A DNA stretch of 64,000 bases from Auanema rhodensis (Eukaryota > Animalia > Nematoda): NCBI GenBank assembly GCA_964057225.1, contig OZ059894.1:15748001-15812000 (forward strand), read 5' to 3'. Made by a program: the position numbers and the translations under genes. This document shows, piece by piece, positions 53,901 through 64,000 of the stretch. The notes beneath the pieces are model-generated. The model was given only the letters and a program-made list of their open reading frames with translations, made no database searches and was not told the origin of the DNA. Within the stretch, counting starts at the first letter, position 1. Every line of letters starts with the position of its first letter.

Positions 53901-55216
53901 AACAGAGAACGAACCCAGAGTTTTGATGAAAATTCAGACAAAATTGAATAGAAAGAGACTACACAAAGCGAATATGATGACGAACTTTAATCCGTCTTAT
54001 ATCTCCTTTCATTTTTATATTTTTCACATTCATTTCCTTGATATCTCTCAAGTTTCCTTATTCTTTTCAATTCACATTTCCTTTTTATCCTTGTTCTCAT
54101 TCTGTGACTTCATGAGTTTCATGTGCAATAGTGCCAATATCTAAGATCATTTAATTGAAAAGTCTGACTTGATGGGCACAGAGAAGAAATTCCCGTAAGA
54201 GAGTTAGCTGAAGATAGAAACACAAAATATCATACCAAGAATATGAAAAAATATAGAGATTATTACATATGTATGGCTCCAAAGCTTAAAAAAAATGAAT
54301 TCATTCTTTTGTATCTTTATGATCTTTGTTATAAAACTCATTTCATATTGACCTGTTAAGACAATTATTCTGGGGTTTCACACGTTTTACGTCAAGAATC
54401 GAAGTCTCGCAATATTATTCCTAGAAGAACCAGCTTAATAACGAAAGTATGGGCTAGTACATATAAATGTTTTATTTGAAGCATATATATTCACTGACAT
54501 CTTGAATATTTTTTATATCTTTACTTCTGTGTTAAGATTCAGAAGATGATGATGAAGAAGATTCAAGATATCATATGATTAGAATTATTTTATTTTGTTT
54601 TTCAACTTTTTTTTTGAAATGTCGCTGTTCCAATTCCTACACGTATATAACACGTTATTTCTATTGCGATGTTTGCATGAATTAGTTGAATTTATTGGAA
54701 CATTGTAAATAATTTTAATAATAGCTTTAACGAGTATAATTTATGGAAAAATAGGTCTTATGATTGTCAGTAGTTCTGAGCTGAGAAGCTAACGATGTAA
54801 ATACAGACATATGTAGCTTTAGCCTCTTGCTGTTTGAGTAGCTAATGATATTCGCTGCGTTTCCTGTTTCATATTCAAAAATGCTTAAAATACATGGAAT
54901 GGAAGTTGTAACTTCCAGCCTCACTTAGCTGGATTTGATAAGAAAATATTTCCAAATAATACTCAGTAACAATTTCAGAAAACTTGCAAAACGTTTTCAA
55001 CTTGCTCACATGCTGACTTATGAACTTACTGAAAAACTTCCGAGTAGCTATTCAACTATCCGTCATTCAAAATATTCCTACGTTTCATAGATGTTTAATT
55101 CCAGAGTTCATTGCACGACAAGGAAGAGCTGAAGCCAATTATATTCTCACCGTTTATTCTTTTTTTTCTCTAATTCTCTTCATATATGATATACTTGAAT
55201 GTTTTATATCTTCATA

Positions 55217-55268
<52 letters not shown>
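55217..55268. repeat. (CT)n microsatellite
   Basis: CT run; further CT-rich tracts at ~55836-55941. Confidence 0.95.
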
Positions 55269-55270
<2 letters not shown>

Positions 55271-55381
55271 TTTTCTTTTTTGAACTTTCCACTCGTTTTC
55301 TCGCGATGTCGTACTTTTCATGTTACCTGAACTTATTCAGACTTCTTTACAATTCAAATGATCTTTCGAACTTTTTCAGAG

Positions 55382-55848
55382 ATGATATCTACACAGCATT
55401 CTACAGATGTCAACTATATTCGGAAGCAAAAGTCGGTAAGTAAGCAAGTCAAGATTATCTTCCCCACTCTTCTATTGAACCTTCTTTGATAATGTTCATT
55501 ATTTGAAGTTTGATGATTCGTCTTTCCTTATTTCAGAGGGTTTCAACCGTCGCTCTCTGTAATATTAGCTGTTTCATGAGTAAACTTTCTCCTTTTATAG
55601 ACATTAAGCCTTTCCATTTTCAATTCAAAACGGTCAATGACCTTTTTGGTTAGTCAAGAAATGCTCACATGAGGCTTCACAAACACAATTAAGAAAATTT
55701 TCTCTGAGAAGCATACTTTTCACTTTTCATCGTCCTCCCTCTCTTTCACCCTTACTATGCTTCTTTCTGCTTAACCGTTTTTCTTTCTCCCCCTCTCTAC
55801 CTCTCTCCATCTTTCCCTCTTTCTGTTTCATAGGCCTCTCTCTCTCTC

Positions 55849-55890
<42 letters not shown>

Positions 55891-58800
55891 GCCTTCTCAC
55901 TTTCCATCCCTCTCTCTCTCTCTCTCTCTTTTTCTCTCTCTCCTTTTACACATCTCTTCACCTTCAACTTCATATTATATGTGTTTTCCATATTTTTTTC
56001 GAAAAGTAGATTCTTTCCTAGGAAATAGTTTTCAATTTGTACAATAATTTTCAATACGAAAGCATTGCGTCAGAATTTTCTGTCATTCAAACCAAAATTT
56101 GGACTAAAACAAATTGTAAGTGATGTCAATTTTATCACCTGACTACCATAATATTCAATGGTTGGCTTGGCTGAGAAATTTTTAATCATAAGAAAAAGGA
56201 AAAAGCCGTTAAAAGTTCTCGTTTCAATACAACTTTCCTCCTTTTATAACAATCAAAAATAATTTATATTCTTGTTCAGTAGATGTTTGCTTTCAACCAT
56301 AAATTTTCTATCTACCTACATCAATACACTGCGCTATAGCCGTTTATGGAAATTATTAGAAAATTTCTTTTTTTTAAACTATTTAGTACTATTTTTAATA
56401 TTTTATTTTAAAAAAATTTCTTTTATTCATTTTTCATCTATATCTCTGATGAGGTGGTGGCTGCAGGAAACTCTATCTAGAACACGCTCATATGGATTCT
56501 TTCTAGAAGAACATTTTTTTTAAAGATTCATATGATGTTCTTCAATAAATTTTTTTTTCTGTTCAATAAGGATTTTATGGTACGATACATATGTATCCTG
56601 TAATGCAAATGCTGCTCATACATATTAAATTCATCTTTTCACATTATAAGAATTCATTTAATATTTCAAGTTTTTATAGGAATTTTTCATAAATGCAGCC
56701 ATATGCTCAGGTGGCTGAGGAAATTCTTCAGATACAACTTCTGCCATATATTGAACATCTGATCTTTTTTTCGTGCAAATTCAATCGGGTTTCCGGTGAA
56801 AGTTCAAACTGTTGAAACTGCTCTGAGAAACAACGAGAGTTTCAAACTTTCCTGCAGCCACCACCTCATCATCAAGAGCTAAAAATGAGAAAAAGCTTGG
56901 AACAAAGGTTGACTAACCAAAGAAAAAAGCGGAGAAAACTTTGAGGTCATCTACGACCAGTGATGCCAAATACACTCACAGACTTCTTGGCAATTCCGGC
57001 TTTTCTCCTCATTTCCCAGTCTATTTCCTGTCTTGTCTTTTGGTATGTGTGTGATGATGATGATGATGGTTGTGATGGTTGTGCTAGTGGCTCAATAGTT
57101 TTACTTGAAAAAAGATGAAGAAAGTCTACAGATCATTTAGAATGAGAAACTCATCTCATCCTATCTTCATGTATTTCTTTTTTATTCCATTTTTCATACA
57201 CATAATGTCTTTCATTGTCCATCAAAATGTGCTGATCCTCACAGTCCTATTCCTAGTGTTTCATACATCACTGCAACTACTCATCAAACACCCTTCTATT
57301 TCTTTGATAATTTTCAGAAAAGATCTATGTATATAGCAATTTCAAATTCGTTATCCAAACACAGTATTGTATGTGAATGAAGTTTTATATTTTTCCAGAG
57401 CCATATCCCCTCGATCTCCATTGATCCTCCTAGACGTCTTTCCATTTCGTCGCCTCTTCGTTTTACCCGAACTTTCTCAGAGGATTCTTTGGACTCCATT
57501 GAAAAGACAGGACGTCGTGAACTATTACGAAGAAAAATGCTGTCAAGTCAGGTAGTTATAGTTATGAATAATTTATTTTTAATCCTTTTGATGTTTCAAT
57601 ATTATCAGCTTTCATAACAGTTAAATCTCATATCAATGTTTCGAAAGATTATAAAATCTTTTAATTATATTTTCAAGAATTAAACGATAATCACAAGATC
57701 AAACTCTTATATATATAATTAATCCATCAGTTTATATTTTCATCGACATTTTCTGATTAATGATCATGATATATGAGCTTGTTAGCGTTTTTACTAAGTT
57801 GTTCATGAGATAGTTTGAGACTCATATCTTATAGTTAGTACTCACATTCAGGTTTAATGACTAATTACCACATTACGAAAACAAATGACCACCAAAAACT
57901 CAAAGTTAAAGTTTAGTCTTTGGAAGTATTTCGAATAACTTGCTTTACCTTTTCATCAGTATCGGTGAACTGGCCGTGAGAGCCATCCCGACTTCTTTCT
58001 TTTTCTTGAAAATATCTCTATATCGAAAATTCTTTCTCAACTAATATTTTCTCAATGTTATTTCAATGAAAATCTTTTTTTTTTCAATTTTATAAACATT
58101 GAGTTAAAAGTTTATGTTAAGGAAACTGGAATGAATCTACTTCCTTCTCCTAATGGTTGCCCATTGCTTCGCGAAATGGGACGATCCCGCACAGAACCCA
58201 CTGACTCAACAGATAATCTAAGAATTCCTGGATCTGTAAGTAGTTTGAAGCATTGCTTTTCACATATTTTGAAAAAAGAAATGTTCTGAAAAACATTCAA
58301 GATACTGATGCAAAGTCAATTTTTTTCATTTTCAGCTTAAGAGATCAACTGGTGATCTCACGAAAGAGCACACAGGAAAGCGTACATTGGGAGAAGTAAT
58401 AGGTTTGTTTGTCTTTGATCTTCTGAATAATGATAATGAAAATGGGACAGTAATTATTTGTTTAAATTAAATTTTTTTCCAGGTTTGAGTCTGTATCAAC
58501 ACAAGCTGATAACTCAAGCATGGCCAAATATTTTTAGTACGGGATGTAACGGGCAATTTGCCAACAATATTTATGATATTCTGTGTAGAAAATGTCCTAA
58601 AGCTCGAATTTTATTCAAAAAGGTATAACTATTACTATACGCCGAAAAGAAAATTTATCAAACATGTTACAGGCTAATACAGTAGCCAGTTTTGCTCAAA
58701 CAGATGATTGTTATGCCTTACACGCTAAGGTAACTGTTGAATTAATAGATGCAGCAATACGCGGATTGGATTCGGATCATGTTAAATTTACTTCATATGT

Positions 58801-59766
58801 ATATGAGGTTTAAACTGCTAATATAGATTATTATCTAATTTATATTTTTAGATAGGGAAATCACATCGCCATCTACGTCCAGAAGGATTAACCACTGGCA
58901 TGTGGGATGAATTAGGTTAGACAGCTGACTGTTTTTTAATTTAATAACAATTAATTAAATAATTCTTCAAGAGACAATTGAAAAAATCAATTAATTTAAC
59001 AAGTTTTCGTATCGTTAGTATATCGTTACTTGGTTTTGAAAATCTCTGATATTATGAGTGACTTTCATTTCCCTTGATACTTTAAATATTCTCAAAAATG
59101 TGTTTCTGTTCGTCTTAAAAAGCTCAAATTATTTTCGAAAACTAATTATTCACTTCCTTTCTAATATAGTAAGGACATGAGAACTTTGAATGTTTAGAAT
59201 TTTCAAAGATATAAAGAAAACGGTAACATTGTAAAACTTGTTTAAGTGAATGATATTTTAAAATAAAATAAAAATTTAAATTAAAAATAGAACTTACCTC
59301 ATTAATACAACCAGTCTGTACATTTAACACGTTTGAAATGAAATAAAAAAATATTCACGTGAAGTAGTCACGTGAAATGTGCATCCATACATACATTCAA
59401 AGTCATTTATTATCTGTATGTTATATTCAAAAATGTCTGAATGAAAGATGATAGAGATAAAAAAAAGAAAAAGAAAATGATGATGATGATGATGAAATAT
59501 AAAAATATATTTATAATATATTCAATATTATAATTCATTTTATAGGTGATGCTATAATTGAAGCTTTACGTCGTTATGAAAGTGTAAGAAAGCATAAGGA
59601 ATTACGCCGAGCATGGTTAGCACTTATTGCTTACATAACTGATAATATGAAACAGGTTAGTTGAATCAACATTTATTTTATTTATTTATTCTTACAGGGT
59701 CAAACTGTCTTACGAGCAGCATCAAGTTATGATATATGCGATTACGGTAGTCCAAAAAAGATTTGA
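55382..59766 (+). CDS. Nematode globin (glb family) with N-terminal extension
   Basis: GLSLYQHKLITQAW (A helix), CPKARILF (CD1 Phe), LHAKVTV (E7 His), IGKSHRHL (F8 His), AWLALIAYITDNMKQG (H helix). The 5' exons at 55382, 55537, 57318 and 57398 splice in frame but are less certain than the core (58122-59766). Confidence 0.85.
56447..56871. repeat. 24-bp perfect inverted repeat, arms 56447-56470 and 56848-56871
   Basis: TGATGAGGTGGTGGCTGCAGGAAA and TTTCCTGCAGCCACCACCTCATCA are exact reverse complements. Confidence 0.92.
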
Positions 59767-61670
59767 AAATCTTTTGCTCTTTTCCATTTTCTCCTCCTTT
59801 TGCCCAAATAACTATGATCTTTATTTAATATTCAAATTGGATTACTTACTAACATTGTTGTTTTCTTTCGTCTTCATGCCATCCTAAACCATACGACGCT
59901 TTCTCTAATATAAATTTTGGCTCGTATCATTCAGAATCTCTTGCACACCCCTTCCAATCTCAATTCGTCCTCTTTTTTTCTCTCTCTCTCTCTTTCTCTT
60001 GCTCCTCATTTGTCTCTCTCTCACTCTCTCTCTATGTAAAAACGCATCTCCTGATATTCTGATCTCTCAGTTGAATCCAACAAAAATTTCTTCTTTATAT
60101 CTCTGATAGCATTCGTCTTGAAGTCTATCAAACTAATTAAACTCACCGCTTTGCACTTTTTGCACATATCACAGTTATGATCAACTTGCAGAGTTTTAAA
60201 CAATTTATTTTATTGTTGCTTCAAATGCTATATAATACATAGGAACATGATTAAAATAATCGTTTACTTTTGGTTATTATCCAAAAGTAATTATACATAT
60301 TATAAGTTCAACTAAATTACCTTATACGGTATTCTTATAATGTATAAGTTTCATGAGATCAAATTGAAAAATCAAAAAAATCAAAAAGAATCAGAATTGT
60401 TATAGACATCAATATTATAGTAATATCTTACTGTCTTTTATGGTTAAGTAAATCTTTTCTGGTTATTCACACACACACACACACATACACCTACATCTAC
60501 ACCTACACACATATATTATATATATTATATAGTAATATATTTTATATATATTACTATATTACTATATTATATAATTGTCTTTGTATTTTTCTTATTATAT
60601 TGTATTACGATTTCACGGATTATAGCTTCATATGATTTGTACAAAATGAAACAACGCAAAAAAAAAGATTTCATATAAAAATTTATTTTTTGTTTAAATT
60701 TCTGTCTTTTTTCTGCTGAAAGAATGAGAGAGACGATTATAAAAATAGAGAAAAGAGAGCATTTCATCGCTGACAATACTGTACAAAAAAACAACAACAT
60801 AACTGTGAAATTAAAAGAGAAATCTTCGTTTCGGACGTAGTTTTCGAACATTGTATAAGATTCGTAAATAACAGAGAAAAATGAAGAAGTTCAAGCACCA
60901 TATTAGCACAGCACATGCAGTTGAGATGGTAACCAATAAAAAAAAGTAAAAAAAAGAACCATATTAACAACATAGCATACAAAATATATATTTGACAGAT
61001 ATATAGGTTGATAACCCGACAAGAAATTCGTTCCTAGAAGCTTACATAAGAGGTCCGTAATTTTGTCATTGTTTAACTATTCTATATATAATATATATAC
61101 ATATTTTATATAGAATAGATAGATATAATTAACTAGGACAACGATTATGATTATGATTATATTGAAGATTGAGCAAAATGAAGGCCAAGGTTGCTTCCGT
61201 TTTAAGCTTTCAACGATCGGCAAAATTGTCGATGAAATTAAAAGCGGAATAGCTAAGTGAAGTGTGATGGATACTGTTTTCTCATCGAGTGATAAGTTAA
61301 ATTTTCAAAAGTCTACTAGACAGCTACATGGGAACTAAGGAGGAAAAGAAACACGAGTCATTTTGAGATTTCATTGAGTTAAGCTGATTATACATTATAG
61401 GTATCCCTGGCACAAGGAATTCAAGGTGAGACCAAAAGTTTGTATACTTCTCAGTCTCTAACCGCGGTTTTTTTGGAGAGAGCAAGATAATGATCGTTTT
61501 AGTAAAAATATCCTTTAAGTAATTGGAACTTAAAGATCTTACTGTATTCATTAAGACTATTTGTATGTGATTTACTATTAAACAAAGGAAGTTATTCCTT
61601 TTTTTAAAAAGTAAAACACCATCTCTATAAGTAGCTAAGGACTGAAGAAAATCATATGTAAAAGGATATG

Positions 61671-63896
61671 TTAGATTATCTCCATCTTCCGCGGTTCAGG
61701 ATCAGAGCTCACAGGCAGAAGCTGAAAAAAATTTTTTTTAGTTTAAAAAAAAAAGAAATGTAAAGAAAGAAATTGCTTTTGAATAAAAAAAATGTACCTG
61801 ATGTCTCTGAGCCCTAGGCCGAACATAGATAGCATAAGCCAATGGAATTAATGCAAATGAGCATAGTTTAAGCATTGTTGCTGTGCTGAAAAAAGATTGA
61901 AAGTTGAACAAGATCTTCCATTAAAATAGAAAAAAATAGGAAAAGATAAAAAGTACCTGAATATATCATCCCAGGATCGAAGATCAGATAGAATATATCC
62001 AGCTTGAACACAAATAAAGTTGTACGGCGCCAAACCTACAAAAGAAGAATTAAAATATTAAGAATCGTTTGTGAAATGGATCTTCAATAAAAGATTTTTT
62101 CACGAAAGTCTAAAGACGTAAAAGTTTTAAATAGATTTCATTCAACAAAAAGTGAAGAGGACGAGTCAAATATTACTTTCAAAGAAAACGAATTGCAGAT
62201 GATTACAGGAATACTTCATCAATGTCATCATCAGAAGTATTGCAGAAAGAAAATTAATCGTTCGGAAAAATTGATTCGGAATTGGCTTTGATGACTATCG
62301 AAAATAGAAATTTCTTTAGAACATAATCGCTCGTGATTCAATTGATTTCTTGGTTTCTATTTAAACATTGTATCTAATTTGGTCTTTCTGAAACCAAAAA
62401 ATCCGGGTCATCAATGACCTCAAACAGCCATTGAAAAACCAATTCAAACTTTTTACTTCTAAAGCAACTTTCGCTTTAGAATATTCGGATATCGCAAAAT
62501 AGTGGTCATGCTACTTACCTATCAAAGCTGAACCAGCAAATATCGGTAACGGAATATTCAAAAAAGGTGCTACAATATTCAGAAGCCAAGATGGTGAGAT
62601 TGGAAACATTCGAGCAAATAAAAGGAACGGTAACAATCGATTACTGTTGTCATCAATCTATAATAAATAAATTAAGAAAAAACTGAATTTCCATATGTTG
62701 TTTCAAAGCAAAGTATTCAAAAATGAAAATTCACAAACCTTTTGTTGGAGGTAGGTTAACTTCTGTCCGAAATAGTATAAAACGTATTCACGGCCAAACA
62801 TTTCAGAAAATAAATAGCATAATGTGGATCCAACTGTAAAGAACTTTGTTACAATAAAATCAACTGTTAGTTTATGTGTTTATCATATACTAAAGGTTTT
62901 AGAAAAAGCATATTTTGAAAAATAACATAGGTTTAACTATATCTATACGATAATGAAACTTTATATATTTTAGTTTAATATTCATAGAATAGTCCATAGA
63001 ATATATAATTTGCTTACTTGTTGTCAAACAACAGCAGAGAATGAAACCCGTCCACAAGTCATAGACTGCACCGGCAATCACGTTCTGTAAGTAAAAAAAA
63101 CTGTTTTGTGTCTGTTTAATTTCAAATGATCTGCAGAATTAAAATTTTTTTTTATCAAATTTAAGGAACCAGGGATGGGGGGGGAATGCTGTTTTGATTG
63201 TTCATTGCTAACGAAAGATTGGCTAATTGGAACTGGGAAGATATTTCTTAGCCTGTTCTTCTAATGATCAGAAGTTTAGCGCAGAGAAAGAAATCGAAAA
63301 TTTCAATTTAATAGCCTTCAATCCAAGTTTTCAGCTATATAGAATTATTTGATAGCAATATCGGTATGTTTTGAAAGAATATTCTTATGTAAAATATTTT
63401 GAAATATAATATTATATATTATTAAATATTATAATTAATAAAAATTCTTACTAAGAGAAATGATCCAGGAATAGCAAATGTCTGCTTATATAGATATGCA
63501 CAAATAAATACTGTAGTTATATAGCCAAAATGATTTTCTTTATAAACTCGAAATTTTTCAGCTAAAGCAGTGAAGTTATCGAATTGTCGTGGTAATTCGA
63601 AAAGACTATCTGAAAATAAAATAATAAATTGAAATTTTATTTTATTAATTATATAAATAGTTACAAATTATACAAATTGATTTGTAATTGATTATCTCAA
63701 AATAGACTGATATGACAGCAACATTCATATATTTTTTTTCTCCACAAAAATTTGAAGAAAAGAATCGCATTGAAAAAGAAAAAAATAGGAAAAACTACTA
63801 ACCATCACTTCCCCATTCAGGTGCTGAACATATCATATACCATAAGGATAATGATGATGCAGCAAAAATACATGGCAAAATGAGCAGACGAACCAT
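61671..63896 (-). CDS. TMEM41 family (VTT/DedA domain) membrane protein, TMEM41A-like
   Basis: YLYKQTFAIPGSFL, NVIAGAVY, VGSTLCYLFS, LLFARMFPISPSWLLNIVAPFLNIP and GLAPYNFICVQAG. Confidence 0.93.
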
Positions 63897-64000
63897 CTAA
63901 GAAGATTCGTGTAATATTGAGATTTACTCTAAAGTTGATCGATGTGTCGTATTTAAAAAAGAAATAATGAGCAAATCTGAAAAGAAAAACAGAAATTTAG

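Noticed and set aside
48933-55283. Short Phe/Leu/Ile/Ser-rich ORFs and microsatellite-derived ORFs (LSLSLS, ERERER)
   Set aside because: Low-complexity by-products of AT-rich or CT-repeat non-coding DNA, with no motifs or splice-consistent structure.
54863-55830. CTGTTTCA piRNA (Ruby) motifs
   Set aside because: Only a few scattered occurrences, one within a predicted exon. This is compatible with chance in AT-rich DNA and shows no cluster density.
56446-56472. Hammerhead-like CTGATGAG...GAAAC
   Set aside because: Stem II cannot form (G precedes GAAA and there is no pairing), and there is no stem I/III with a cleavage triplet.

Overview
AT-rich eukaryotic DNA, very probably from a nematode: ~45-60 bp introns with TTTCAG/TTTTAG acceptors, an Str-type chemoreceptor and a nematode-type globin. 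Bases 71-16727 are an initiator tRNA-Met (CAT) gene array of about 85-90 units in two convergent arms. The + arm is highly homogeneous with a 171-bp period (48 near-identical copies, then a few mixed units). The - arm is older and heterogeneous, with intact, mutated and T-arm-deleted units. Three non-array sequences sit inside array units. The main one (9347-10841) splits a tRNA gene and is flanked by a 4-bp CGTG duplication. It carries a decayed densovirus/parvovirus-like NS1 (SF3 helicase) fragment between two copies of a ~96-nt structured module. A third, diverged copy of that module, with compensatory base changes and the same exact terminus, is joined to the array at 1-70. My best interpretation, which is inference, is an unannotated tRNA-array-associated mobile element that has captured viral sequence into the array, possibly by reverse-transcriptase template jumping. 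The rest of the window holds ordinary spliced genes: an Str GPCR, a divergent HIPK/DYRK-like kinase, two MCFD2 paralogs, syntaxin-5, HRD1, an LCLAT1-like acyltransferase, a GST-like protein, a KH-domain protein, TRM5, an ATP5S-like protein, a globin and TMEM41. Exon structures were read by eye, so gene boundaries are approximate.
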